DNA of 64,000 bases from Adineta vaga. Its lineage: Eukaryota > Animalia > Rotifera. This document shows, piece by piece, positions 1 to 14,094 of the stretch (position 1 is the first letter of the stretch; every line of letters starts with the position of its first letter). The position numbers were made by a program, and so were the translations under genes. The stretch covers positions 310,001 to 374,000 of the forward strand of contig CP075496.1 of assembly GCA_021613535.1 (NCBI GenBank), read 5' to 3'. Under the pieces are notes generated by a model. The model had not been told where the DNA came from. It did no database searches and saw only the letters and a program-made list of their open reading frames with translations.

Positions 1-289
1 TTTATTAAAAGCGACATGTTCTATTCAGTTTGAATAGGAAAAAACCTTTATACGGCAAATAGATATACAGAGAGATAGAAATAAATTCGCAGGAAGGACA
101 AAAAAATAAAGATCCATATGTGTACCATGTGCGTCATTTCCATGCAATGAGATATAAGAAGAAAAACAGTACGATTACGCACTGAAGAGAGCGTAAGTCT
201 ATGCTGTCGCAGTGTTTTAATTTTATTTTCTCTATTGACTTTCAAGTTAAGCTCACAAAACGTGCCGCTATTTATCACAATCGAATAAG

Positions 290-342
290 TGTGTGTGGGT
301 GTTAGACAGATGTAGTACCCATACCCACACCCACACCCACCC
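290..342. repeat. Telomere-like (TGTGGG/CCCACA) hairpin element, copy 1; inverted partner at 604-657
   Basis: gtgtgtgggtgttagacagatgtagtacccatacccacacccacaccc; its reverse complement closely matches 612-655 (ggtgtgggtactacatttgtctaatacccacacccacaccc). Confidence 0.7.
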
Positions 343-570
343 AAGGGGAAAAAAGCGGATCCTGGATCCTCAGAGATCCTAGATCTTTTTTCTTCGTTAA
401 TAACTCTGTGGTAGAGAATGGCTACTAGTGCAATCTTAGTAGCAAATCGGACTCATTATATTAATGTAGAGAAAAGAGAAAAAAACGAGTTTTTTCATAT
501 GTTAGGCTCTCTGAGGATCTCTAAAATCCATGAGGATCCCTACGATCCAGGATCCGCTTTTCCCCCTTTG
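342..570. mobile_element. MITE-like element (~230 bp) with terminal inverted repeats and GGATCC sub-repeats
   Basis: Left end caaggggaaaaaagcggatcctggatc and right end gatccaggatccgcttttccccctttg are inverted; no coding capacity; no clear TSD. Confidence 0.65.
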
Positions 571-702
571 CAGTCTCCGTATTCAGTCAGTCAAAATAAA
601 TCATTGAGGATGTTGGTGTGGGTACTACATTTGTCTAATACCCACACCCACACCCTTCTAATTCGAATTTTAATTTAAAACTTTGTACAGATGAAGATCT
701 CA

Positions 703-799
703 ATGAGAATAATTTATTGTAAAACTTTCAACTTTGTACCCATATCTTTGCAGAGGAAGAAGCGTTAGGTCTGAAACTTTCACAATAAACTATTCTCAT
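703..799. repeat. 28-bp imperfect inverted repeat (foldback remnant)
   Basis: atgagaataatttattgtaaaactttca (703-730) vs tgaaactttcacaataaactattctcat (772-799); related sequence recurs near 59259. Confidence 0.55.
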
Positions 800-1331
800 C
801 AAGATCGTCATCTCTACAAAGTTTTAAAGTAAAATTTAAAAATGAGTTTTTTTTACGAACTCTCTTAGAATTTGCATCTATACTATAAACTGTACCCATT
901 GTAAGTTTTGAAGATAAGGTGTTGCGTGAATTCCGTTTATTAATGAACAACAACAAGAGAGAAAGAAACACACGTATATAGATAAGATATAAAGAGAAGA
1001 ACTAGATAGCGCGAAGTGTACGAAAGAGAACGAGATACATGCACGTATATGTATTGGAGAATTCCTTTGTATATGTATAGTGACATGAATAGAGAAAAAC
1101 TCCAATATAAATATTTCGGAATTGTCTACACTAACACCTATCAGAAAAATATGAGCACAGATAGGAGATGTCACCTCAGATGTTTCCCTTGTGCGTATAC
1201 AATACAAGTATAGTGCATGATATGTTTATAAATGTGAATAATTGAATGTTTGTAAAAAGAAATTTAAGAATGTGTTTTCTAATTAGATTTAAATAAATAG
1301 AAATTCACTCAGTAGTTTTTCAAAAGAAGAT

Positions 1332-4300
1332 TTAAGATATAGAACATTCACACGTATTTAAAAGAATGTCTAGATTACGACCGAAGTAGTTCGAGATGAT
1401 TATATCTTGACAATTATCACCATTAAAATCATGAACAATTAGCTTAGTGTCCGGTTCATTATAATACGTTTCAGGTACAAATATGTTTTGTGCTTTAAAA
1501 ATTCCATTTCCATAACCAACTAACACATTTATGTAATCGGTTCGCGCACTAGGAACGAGTATATCTACATGACCATCATTATTTAAATCACCAATAGCGG
1601 GTGGCGTTGTACTAATAATATCAGTTTCTATGAAAAAATCGACATATGCACTTAAAGTTCCGTTACCATATCCAAACAATACACTAATAGCATTTCTACC
1701 TATACAAATGAAAGCAACGTCTAACCATGTGTCTTCGTTAAAGTCGCCAACAATCATTGAAGTTGGATTATAACCACCTCCAGTAAAAAATGTCTTTACA
1801 GGTTGAAAAGTTCCATTTCCATATCCAAGTAATATGCCAACCTGTTTGCTGTAATAATTGATAAAAGTGATGTCTTTATAGTTATCATTATTAAAATCAC
1901 TAACACTAAGCTTCAATGGCCAACTACTAGGTCCAGCCGAAAATCTTGTATATGTTGCAAAACTTCCATCACCATTGTTAAGAAAAACACCAATAGTATT
2001 AGTTCCATAATCATTGACAGCTATATCTAAGTAATTATCATTATTGAAGTCAGTTAATGTAATATCGTTGAATCTCTTAACGTTTTCTCCCGTTAACCGT
2101 ATTAAAACTCTGAATGTTCCATTGCTGACGAGAACATTTACATAATTTTCATAGCCATTGATAAATGCTATGTCGAGTTGATCATCATTGTTAAAATTAC
2201 CCATCGCGAACGTGACTAAATATATATCTGTCGATAAAAGTGTTGTCTGTGCTCCAAAAGTACCATTACCATTCCCAATGAGTATATTTATACTATGATA
2301 TTCGATAAAAACTAGATCGAGAATACTGTCATTATTGAAATCAGTCACCATTGTGAGACGCGGACCATCGCTCCAATTATCTGTACGTATGGCGCTTTTT
2401 TTAAATGTAAATTGACAAGGTGATGCTTAAATAAAGATTCTCTATCTTTAATTTTATTTACTTTAATTTAAAAGAGAATTTAATTTGAAAAATAAATTTA
2501 TATAAAGATGTCATTATTTTCTATGTCAAACTCGAAAGTTAAAGAATTGAATAACTGAATAGTTAATTTCAATTTTCGAGTTTGATACTACTAAATTACG
2601 AAACATATGAGTATTTTTTGTAATTATCTTACTAAATAGATTCTTGTAAAATTTATTTACTAACTTGTTGTCGTAAAAGTTGACATTGTTGTACTTGCTC
2701 TTGTACTTGTTATTATGATCTCATTCACAGTATTTGTCGTATTCATTGAAAAAACTAGAAGAAAAAAACAATTTTTTCAATGATTTTATCTTCTAATTGA
2801 AATAGAACATTTCTCTTAAAGTTCATACCTGTTGAAACAATTTCATTCTTTTGATATCGAGCAAAATAAATAGAAAATATAATAAGAACCAATACAACAA
2901 ACAAAAACAATAAAATTTTGACAGAACATTGAATTGATGTATAAAAATTGTTTCTAATAAACAGAATTATAGATTATTAATCAAATTAATATAAAGAAGA
3001 CATACTGAGATATAACATTTGTTGATGTAGATTCTAAATGAAAAGTACGATTATGAATAATTGTGTTCATAGGTTCAATTGTCGTTATTTCGATTGTACG
3101 AAAAGGTTGAACAGTATTCACTCGTCTCTTTCGATAATGATATATTTTAGCTAAAATTCGAACTATTTGAGGACAAATCCATTTGAGAATAATTGTAAGA
3201 CCACTTTGAATACCAAGTACAAAAGCTATTGCATAAAGTAAATTAAATTGTTGAATATAAGTATATGAACAAAACAAAGGTAAACATTTTTGGAAATATA
3301 ATGAATAATTAATTGATATGATCCATTCTTCAATAAAAAGTTTATCGATAAGTTCATTAATAGTTGTATTAATTGAGAATCGACTTATTGTTGATGTCGA
3401 AAGAGAAGATGAAGAATTTATAGAATTCATATATTGTTCAATAGAATTAATACATAAAGAATCATAAAAACATTCAAGAGTTGATGCATGAAATGATTCA
3501 CTTGGTGTACATCCTATTTTAAGACCTTTAATTAAAAACATTTCAGAAGAATTTATTTTTATAAAATTTGCTTGACTTGTACAATTTTGATACAATGTAC
3601 AGGAACAATTATTATCATAAATCATATCATATGTATATGCAAAATAATCATCAATTTCATTAAAAGGAGCAATATAATCGAAATTTGTTCCATAAGTTGA
3701 TACAATTCTATTTCCATGATTTATACTTCGAACTAAATCGAAAAGACGAGAGAATATTTTAGGAGCATTGGATTTGCTTTGTTCAATCAATGAATTAATA
3801 CGTGTATGAAAAACTATTTCTGTTTGAAGTTTAGTTGTTATAAATAATGAAGAAAGTAATTGATGAATAGAAGTATTTACTGATTTATTAACAAGTTCAC
3901 ATAATCCAGTTAAATATTGTAAATGAGCTGAGAGAAAACGACGATAATCTTTTAGATCATAAATAGAAAGATTAGAAATAAGATTCATTGTAAGATTATT
4001 TCGCCATTCATTCGAAATAAATGTACTTGAACAAATCTTTTATTAATAGAAAAAGAAAAAGAATTTTATCATTTATAATATTCACTTCTTTTTTTACCTG
4101 ATGTAAACGTGATTGAATTGTGACATAATTATCGTATGTTGATGCAATTAATGAACAAGGACATTCTAAATTATTTCCATAATTCCTTTGAAGATCATTG
4201 TATAAACTAAAAGATGGTTTATTGAAAGTTTTCATCATTGTTTCAGGTTGTATGACACTGTATACAGTGAGAATACCGACACCAATAATTAACAAAATAA

Positions 4301-7300
4301 TATAAAGACGAGTAGCCCATTGACCAAGATGTTTAGCTGAAATTCGATCAATTCTACTTCCAAAACTTCTCAAAGGAAAAATATTTAGATTGATTGCTGT
4401 GATATATAAAAATCTTGCTAATTGTTGTATCATTGTTCTCAATTGATGAAACCAATTCACATGAACTTTGAAAAAAAAGAAAATAGTAAATATAATCTCA
4501 AGGTTAGGTGTGAGTTTTATATTCTCATCTACGTCCATTCTAATCTAATATTAGTCAATATAAACCTGATGAATGAGTATTTGATTGATGTTGTCGTTTG
4601 ATTTTCAACTTGAATAAACGAAAGACAAACTTGACAAGTTGAGGTGTAATTAAACGTAATGAAACAGTAAGACCACCTATCATAGATAATAATGTGATCA
4701 TCACTCCAATAGTATTCTTTGCTCGAATTGTAAAAGAATAAGTACAATAATTAGGTGCACAAAATTCGTAATAACTTTTATATGAAATCGATGTATTCCA
4801 TTTTTCAATCATCATATCTTTAACTATCATTTCAATTGAAGTATTTGGAGTAAAACGATTTAACTTTGGATTATAAATAAGAGGACGAATATCAAATGAT
4901 GATGGATATACTGTAGTTTGAATATAAGCTGATTTTATGTGACTTTTTATAATTGATAAACAATCCGAATTTGAATAAAAACATTCAAGTGTTGAAAGTA
5001 GAAGAGAATCAATAGCAAAACATCCTTGAATAAAACCTGGTACTACATATGCAATATTAAAATTATAACTCTCGTCAGATTTCATATCGACATTATAAAT
5101 AGCGATTGGACTTTGACAATGAGAATTAGTAGCACAGATACAGTTCACAGATGTTGTGTTGATATCACGAGTTCCAGTCAAAGAAAATTTTAACTAAAAA
5201 AAACTTTTCAAACATATGAAATTTCCTAACAAATTCTCCTAAAAAAACAGGGATGGACGGGTTTAAGTAAAAATTTGAACTTTCATATTCACATACTCAT
5301 CGTAACCCTATGGAATAATATTGTTGCATTTTTAGAATTGAAAATTGTCCTAAGTCTATTTTCATTATTCTTTGACAAAAGAAATCAATAGAGTGATATG
5401 AGGTCGTTTTATTATTCATATGAATAACATACCTTTATTGGTTGTTGACCATTTGTTTCGTTTATTATTGTATCTATGATCAAGTTTGTATCGATCATTT
5501 GAACACTTCCTTTTACTCCCATATAAGGTTGATCGACTTGCATAAGAAGACGTATTGTGTTGACAACAAGACTAAAATAGATATTGGTCGATTGAATAAA
5601 TTGATTGAGAGTTACATTTAATTGTGTATCGAATTCATTTTCATTAAGTACATTCGATGTGACGAAGAATTGTATGATAAAATTATTAATAGCATTATCA
5701 ATTGTTTTATTAGCCATTTGACAAAGATCTGATAATAATTGAAATTGTGAGCCAGCTTGATTAAGCCAATCAATAGAAATCACTTGCGTTGAGATAGATG
5801 TCATGATTGCAATCAAAGATTCGCTAATAATATCACTTGAACATACTTGATGAAAGATTGGAGACAATTTAATAAATGTACGATAAGGTATTGCCATTGT
5901 TGAACATGGACAATTGAGTGTATTTGAATACAACATTTGCAAGTCTTTGTAAACGATTAATGATGGATTTGATATTGTTATTGAAGTCGTCTGAGTACTC
6001 AGTGAAGTGAAGAGAAGAAGTACGAGCAATGAGCCTAATGATATATATAAACAAAGAAATGAACGTGTTACCACATACATATCTTACGAGGGAGCTTCCA
6101 TGGGTGACACTTTTCGTTTAAGTATAGTGGTGTGGAAGCAGGATTTTTCGGTGGGTCGAGCGTCAGGTTTAGAAAATGGGTCCCAATTAAAACTTATGGA
6201 CGGATAACATGAATTTTTGCCGATGAGCGATAATCCATTTATAAGAATGCCGTCGTATGCTATGTCAATTCTCATAAAAAAATTTCTATCCGTTCAGCAA
6301 TTATAATGTTTCGAAAACTGCCGTAATGTGCGACGGCATTTTTATAAATGGGTTATCACTCATCATTAAAAATACGATCTCAATAACAACAGAGTTTGGA
6401 GACGAACCATTTTAGACCTTTTATCTAAACACTACTTATAGGCAAAAGATAAGCTCAAACGGAAGATGTCACTTGACGAGATTCCCTCGTTAGATTGTAG
6501 AATTCAATATGGTACGAAAACACTTTATCTCCATTCACATCGTCAAGATGTACAGTGAAAATGATCTTACCAGTTAACAGGATTAAATAGACACGAGTGA
6601 TTATCTTCTGTTGCATGATAACCGCTTCTGTTCGATCGCCGTGATCCTTAAACAAATTCAACTGTTTTGTTTTTTGAGCAAATTTGCGTATATGTGTTGC
6701 ATTATATTCTATAAATCATATAAAAAGTTCAGTACGAGTCTATTTTCATGATACTTAAGAGATACCTGAATTAACTGTAATATTTTTTGAGCAATGTTTT
6801 AATTTCCATGCAATATTAATCAAGAATGGTGCGATCAAACGAAACACAATAATGAGACCACCATAAAGACTAATTAACAGAGCCATTGCATATAATACAT
6901 TAGTTTGATCGGTTGTAGTGTATGTGCAGAACGAACAAGCACATCTATCGAAATATATTGAATAATTCATTTCTGTTGACCATTCTTCAATGAACAGATC
7001 AAGTAAATAATTGTTTAAAGAAATATTTTCTTGTTTTGAAGATAGAACAGAATCGGTCCAGTTCGAATGCATCTACACAAAAAAAGAATATATTATGAAA
7101 TATATGATAAGTAACATAGATACTTGATTAAGAATTGGAAAATAGTCAAATAATAACATAAGACATTTGATATCATACAAACAATTAAGTGTACTTGGAA
7201 GAAGACCTTCAAATGGAGTACAACCTGCAAAGAATCCGTCGATTGTTACAATTGCATTATAGTCAATTAATGTGAAAAAGTATTTCGGAATATCGGGTTT

Positions 7301-8964
7301 ATTGTTTGGTAACGTATAGAAACCAGCTGATTTAATTAGATTTGTACTACCACAAGTTGTAATGGTATTCATGCCAGAAGCATCAGCGGTCTCATTATCA
7401 GCGAACGTCTGAAATCTATTAATAACATAGTTTACTCCATCGCCGACAACACCAACCACTGCATTCGTATTGAGAGCTGAAATTAAGTAATTTGCTCGAG
7501 TTGTAATTTTGATATAACTGAGAAATGAATTAATCTGAGTAGATATACTGTTTCTAGACAGTTTAATAGTAGCATCGACTTCTGATCGAATTTTATCTTC
7601 AGAAAGAAGATAAATACTAACAAACTCGTTATTATCAAGATCAATTTGATTTTGTAAGGTTGCGTCTTGAGAGATTGAACAAAGACTGGCCAAAAGTTGG
7701 AACTATACATAGAAATAAAGTTAATTAAAAAAAAGCTTTTTAACGCAATCTTTACGAAATAAAATAACAGTTCAGTTTCAATGACATATTTTATTAATTC
7801 AAGATGTAATAGGTATAAATCAGATTGTTTATGCGAGTTATGAATATAATCTCATTCTATCACATTCACTTTTCTAAATAAACATAATTATGTCTCAAAA
7901 ACCTTCTCTCTATATTTCTATTGAATATCATGTCATGATCGAATTTATTCCCAATGAAGAACAAAATTTCATCAATAAATAAAATTTTATATTTACCTGA
8001 GAACTTGCTGTTGTTCGAAAATCTGATGCTCCATATGTACTTGCATCTGTTAGATAAAGAGCTTTGATCCATTGTTGGCTAACGAAGAAACTCGAACAAA
8101 CAGGATGAAATGTAATTGCATTTGAAATAAAACTTTTGTAAGACATTGTAATTATTGAACATGGACATGAAAGTGTTTCAGCATGTTGCAAATAAAGTTC
8201 TTTGAAAATCGAAGGAGTTATTTTTGAAACAACAATTGTTCGAGATTGTGGTTTTACCATAGCAATGAAGAAAAGAATATAGAGAGACACTGAAATGAAA
8301 TAAAAATCATTTTGCTTCTTTATTAGTTACGCATTTGTATTTTATAATTCTTCAAAAATGTGCTTAAATCATAATAGTTGTAGTAAAGCTGCGAGATTCT
8401 ATTCAACTGTAATAATGAACTATTGATTTTATTTATCATTATTACTTCCTTTTGTACTTTCCGTCAATCTTCAAAATTCTCTGAGAAAAACATATTTGTA
8501 TTGTAGAAATGTTCAAACTCACTACTATTTCTACATATATAAGATGTTTTCTTAATGATATTAAAACTCAGCTGTTAAATAAACAATATAAATAAATTAA
8601 AAATTATTTTTCGTGTTAATCGTGATAATAGACATAGATAAACAAGTATATCTATCGAATTAATGCTTGTTCTAATAGTTTAATATTAGTTTTAAGCAAA
8701 TTTACGTTCGAGTAAACAGAGATGTTCTGCATCTCTACTTATTGTAAGTCTCAATTATTTTGGGCAAGAATTGTTAACTTCGCTTTTTGACTTACCAACG
8801 AGAAGAAGAACGTACAACCAAGTGGCATATTTTTGATGTTTAAGAATAGTTGGTGGATCTATGAGTTCATCATCATTATCAATATATGTATCATCTTCAG
8901 GAATAAAAAGATTGTAATTGTATATTTGATCATGAAACCAGTGGAATAAATTTCTAAGATTCAT
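1332..8964 (-). CDS. Large multi-exon membrane protein (~1800 aa): three tandem TM-Cys-rich ectodomain-TM modules, then TM, Thr-rich linker and FG-GAP/VCBS beta-propeller
   Basis: About 12 exons joined through GT-AG introns, in frame at the junctions I traced (ORFs 8755-8985, 7928-8290, 7073-7710, 6755-7072, 6455-6661, 5412-6080, 4555-5181, 4008-4538, 2981-3988, small exons ~2830-2953 and ~2666-2754, then 1332-2425). Each module has [RW][LV]YxxLL-TM, LxCPCS, FHQ/PVCSS, GCxxxxxLxxSTLxC, IExW, YxxYFxxCxxxxCTY and GGL-type TM motifs; the C-terminus has DFNxD..DI..LLGxGxGTF repeats. Confidence 0.85.
6222..6364. repeat. Intronic 34-bp inverted repeat (MITE/foldback remnant)
   Basis: gatgagcgataatccatttataagaatgccgtcg vs cgacggcatttttataaatgggttatcactcatc, 3 mismatches; lies in the long intron ~6035-6571. 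Confidence 0.6.
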
Positions 8965-10143
8965 TATGAAGACTAAAATATTCACTTTGTATCTTTAGAA
9001 TTAACTAAAATATTTTATTCTACAAGTCAAATTAATAATAAATTAATATTAAAACCTTTATACAGTTTCTAAAAAAATTCTTATCGACGACTAAAAATTA
9101 GAGGTAAAAGAGCAGCTTTGAAAAATTTTTCAGTGAGAGGCATGTACTTCATATTATTTTTAAATAAGATTTTCGAAAATTATACATCTACTTACATTCT
9201 TTCGTTTCAAAAAACAATACGGATCTTACAACGGAATTGATGTATGCATCCAAGATGGACAACTGCAATGCCTGGATTGGGTTCTGAAAAAAATCTGAAT
9301 CTGGAGTGAAATGACTACTCTACCTGTATGGACTCGAAGTGAAGTTTATAAACTAGAGAATGACTTGCAGCGAGCGACTGTGAATAGGTAGATATACCGA
9401 GGGGTAGGAGTTGCAGCAGTAACCGCGCCACCCAACCTCATTGGCAAGAAAAATGGTGTCACAAATCCGATTGGTCAAAAAGAAAGTGACTGATCTTCTG
9501 TGTGACTCATATACGTGTTTAGTACCACTTACCTTTCAAAATTGACAGGTGAAGTACTAAGTGGTCGGTTAGATGAAAATCGAAAAAATGAGCTTGAATG
9601 TCTATTACATCTTCTTTCATACTTACCGATAATAATCCTTATTATTCAAAATCATCCAATAGATAATCTAGAGAAATGCGATAACTGTGTTGCAACTGCG
9701 ACGAGTCGTTAAAAAAGAGGTGACATGGAGACAGTAGGAGCGAATTTAAAAGAAATAGAGCTGTATGTCGTATGCATAGCAAGACAAAACCAGTAGGAAA
9801 GAACTAATGAAGAGATGCGAAAAGTTCTGAAAAAAAAGATCTGGTGCATGACGCGAAAAGGGATACAGCAGGGGCCTCAGTATGGAGGAGAAAGACGTAA
9901 ACGCCAGAGGTGAGCAAGGGCAGAACAGGATGCACTCACTCATCCTGCCTTTTGAGATTATGTTTTTGAGTAAGCTTTTCGAAAACAGAAAATCAGTGAC
10001 AAATAACGCTTTTAAACCAATTGTGCTGCTGATTTTAACTGCTTCGAAATTCTAGTACGTTAAAGACATATTTTAACTGGAACAACTTACTTGTTTAAAG
10101 AAGAAGAAGAAGAAGAAAGAGAGACATTTTGCACTACCTCTCC

Positions 10144-10173
10144 CGGACACCCGTACACGTGACCGGGTGTCCG
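10144..10173. repeat. GC-rich perfect hairpin
   Basis: cggacacccg-tacacgtgac-cgggtgtccg, 10-bp perfect arms, inside a GC-richer tract that is probably TE-derived. Confidence 0.5.
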
Positions 10174-10878
10174 AAAATGATCTTTACCTCTAAAACCTTC
10201 ACTTGGAGTCCGTAACTCACTTTGTCCAGGTGTAGATAACTGAGAAAAAAACAGGGAAATCGGAATGAATTTTCATTATTATATGTGATGTTATATCAGG
10301 AGATCGTAACGAACATCTGCACTGGGAGTTCGTAATGAAAAAGCCGTGCGAAATGTCCTTTACGCACGAAGAATCATTTTAGATCACAATACAGATGAAA
10401 TCGGCCAAATGTGCAAATCGTACGCATTCGTTTTTTCCCAGGTCAACGGATCCGACAGATGGCCCTAAGACCGTAATAAAATATAGATAAAAAGAACGCT
10501 CATAAAATTTGCAGCTTGCGACGGAAATCTCACCGAAGGAATCCAGTATCGGATTCATCGATCTGGGCAATTTAAATAAATTGTCAATCCTAAATCTCAA
10601 AATCACACAGGCACTAACAAACGATATTTTACTCTTAAATATATTTTCTAAACTTGTCAATTAATTCATCTTCTATTATGTTACTTTGTGTTTTTCTTTA
10701 CGAGCAAATATTTTCAAATAATATGCGAACTTATGAGAGCGACATTAAAATGAATAACTGAAAAATATAATTAGAGATTTCTTTCAGACAATAGTAGTGC
10801 GTGAACAGTAATGTTTCGCACATTATTATCAGAAAAAAATTCGTCGTCCCATGTAAGTATGCCCAACAATCGTATATA

Positions 10879-12097
10879 TTAGGTTGTTAAGAAAGTTTTT
10901 GCGCTTTTTTGAAAAATATCATACAGAACTATAGAACGTTCTCACAGTTTCGATACTAAGGGTGTAGATAGAGGGTGTGACTATCGTCCGAACGAACGTA
11001 TATCGATCGATATGGATGCACACAAACGCGCAGAAATGAACATCTTTCGTAGAGAGATTCTGGCGCTTTTACTTCATGAATTTGGTTTGGGTCACAAAGT
11101 GACTGAACCAATAAACCAAATATGCAGTACGATGAGGCTAAGTGTGATGTCTATCCGTACGGCGCGATATTGATTTGATAGCTTTCGCAACAGAAAATAT
11201 AAGTTCGTATATCAACGTAGGTCTAAAGTTGATATCGACCTTTTAGAGCAGCTGATCAAACAAGATTCACGCTTAACGACACGGTGCTCAGTAGAGCAAC
11301 TCGAGTGCCTTCATACTACGGTAGAAAGACATTTGAACGCGTTAGGCAAGAGTTAAAAATATGGGGTGTGGATTCCACATGAATTGTCGCTATATTAGCT
11401 CCAACACACGTACAGATTTCATTACATCCCACCGTAATAATCAATGGCTGCGCAATCTCTTTACTGGAGATGAGAAGTGGGTCCTCTATGTAAATCATAC
11501 GCGTCGATGTCAATGCCTTAACAGCGGTCAAACGGGAGTTGCAACGCCTAAAGTGGACTCCCACTCCAAGACGTTGATGTGGAGCGTTCCGCGGAAATCA
11601 GAGGAATGATTGATTGGGATTCTCTTGCTATTGGGTGTATAATCACCACCGCTATTTGCTGTCAACAGTTGAATCGTGTAAAACAACAACTCGAAGGAAA
11701 ACAGGATCGAATTTACTTTCTCCACGACGGTGCGAGCCCCCACATGTAAAAGTTACCTCCCGAAAAATTAATGCCACTGGTTCGAATAACCATTTCCCTT
11801 CCATCTTATTCTTCAGACTTGGCTCTAACAGAATATCACTTCTTTCGGTCTCTCTCAAACTATCTGCTCGGACAGAAGTTCAACAAAGAGAAGGACCTAA
11901 AAGTCAACACCGCCACTTTCTTTGCCCAGAGGTCTGTAGAGTTCCATGAGCGCGGCATCCTTTACCTCCTAGATCGTTGGTGACGAGTCATAGATATCAA
12001 CGGTGCATAAATCGTTGATGGCTGTTTCTCTTAGAAAAGAAAAAAAAAATAAAGAAGAAAATGTCGAAAAAGCGCGAAAACTTTCTTAACAACCTAA
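10879..12097 (+). mobile_element. Full-length but decayed mariner (Tc1/mariner) transposon
   Basis: ~34-bp TIRs ttaggttgttaagaaagtttttgcgctttttt / aaaaagcgcgaaaactttcttaacaacctaa flanked by TA; transposase remnants WIPHEL, TGDEKWVLY, HDGA.PH and YSSDLALTEYHFF lie in several frames with stops. Confidence 0.92.
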
Positions 12098-12469
12098 TAA
12101 TACGGAATAGAGAAAAAGAGAAAAAAAGTGCATAATATGAGGCGGTCGAGGAAAAGAAAACTCTTTATAAATATTTACTTTTGAATAATGAATCCATATG
12201 GAAAGCGAGAGAACAGATGCGATATGCGATCATTTTAGGAAATGGAATAATAAAGCTAAACAGAAAACTAAAATGAAAGTTGTGAAAAGAAATCTTTACT
12301 GATGAGATTCTAAAAATTAACGCGAATTCTAAATCTGAACAACATAAAATCTTCTAAAATGGTTTAAAATAAATGCGTAAACTTCGGATTTTATCCGAAA
12401 GTTATGTGTACTGAAAAAATTGTATGAGATAGAAGTTATAGGGAAATATCAGTGTTTTTTCAATAACTC

Positions 12470-12650
12470 ACCAATGGCTCGGTCAATCAGGCTCATCTTC
12501 GAACTCGACCGACATATTGATGAGATAATGCTGTGTACAAAATTTCATGATAATTGCATTAGTCTTTGAGAAATTATCGTGTAAACGGACGGCCGGCCGG
12601 ACACATTGACCGATTCTAGTAGTGTACTCACTTTTTGAGTACACAAAAAG
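12470..12650. mobile_element. Possible non-autonomous Helentron/DINE-1-like element
   Basis: acggacggccggccggac microsatellite-like core followed by the stem-loop gtgtactcactttttgagtacac; boundaries uncertain. Confidence 0.35.
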
Positions 12651-14094
12651 AAAGTTCATTAAGACCACGTTTTCTATCTATTGAATATACTCTTGTTCCT
12701 ATCACGTTTCATTTGAACTAATCAATAAATGGAAAAATAGAAAACAGATGATTTTATCTAATTATGGAAATGTATTTTCACATCTGTTCTAATTTCTCAG
12801 TTTTTTTGTTTTGTTTTTCGTCTCTCTCCAACATAGAATTACGAATATAGAATTGAAAGAGAATACTCGTTTACTTTAAAGTCACACGATTCATTTTTAC
12901 ACAGTGTTGTATAAAAAAATTTATCAGATAAATGAATGTGATTAAAATGAACAAAAAAATAGTTTGATCTCAGATTGAAAATGACTTATTATCCATTTTC
13001 TACTAGATTACAGAAGATGCAACTATTGACATTCATTCATTTATATATTATATTCCATATTTCAATCTATATAATTGAAAGTAATCTGTTACATGGACAA
13101 GATATACTATGATAACGATGTATAATTATCCTAAATAGCTATCAGGACGCAAGAGACATTTTTATATTAGAACAATGGAGATGACAGGAAATCTCATTCG
13201 TGATGAACGTATTTACTCGAAAACTTCATGAAATTTCAATACTAAAGTGTTTTTATTTCCTTCTCGATGTGAATAATCAATGTTACTAATTTGAAAAAAA
13301 AGTAAGAATACAAACAAAAAGTTTTAGCGAGCTCTAATAATAATAAAAGTATGTTTCTATCAGTAAGAAAGGAAAAAAACGTTTATAAGTATCAATTCAT
13401 TTACTTAATGTTGTTGATACATTTATGTTTTATATTTTTCAAAGTAATGAAGAAAACTAGCAAAAATGAAAATGTTTTTATCCACTTCGTTTGCTTCAGT
13501 GTTGATTCATATAAGAAAAAGAGAGGAGCTGTCAGAATTTAATTTTGTGGGGATTTATTCTTCGTTCGTGTTCTACATGTTTTTACAAACACAATGTATT
13601 TTACAAATGATTCATTGTAATTCTATTCAATGTTGTCGAAAATTATGTAAAAAGATTTGCACATCAATTTTAACTATCACCTGTTCCATTTCAACGAACA
13701 ATTCATGATATTCGAATAACTGGAAAAGATTATCAAAAAAGAAAATATTTTATGAACCGTTATTTCGACGAATTCAATTTCATAGCGTTGTTGTTCAACA
13801 TACATAAGTAACAAGCCAGTTTTTCTAGAAAAATATCTTAATTTATGTGTTCTGTTTTCTAATTATACAGTAGAATGAAATGTTACCATTTATTTATTAT
13901 TGTACATCAATAAGAAAAGAATTGTAATTCTATTAGTTATTGTTTTGATTTAACTTTTCTTAGTAGAAAAAATTATATTTTTTGAAATCAATATAATTAA
14001 ATATTTCACTATTAATTTATTAATTAATTGTAAAATAATCATATGTAAATAGAAAAAAAGAATTGAATTATATTCCTGATCGAATCCTTATTAT

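Noticed and set aside
9200-10700. Short ORFs in a GC-richer tract (9515-9712, 9746-9943, 10379-10660)
   Set aside because: No recognisable domain or splice structure; probably TE-derived non-coding DNA
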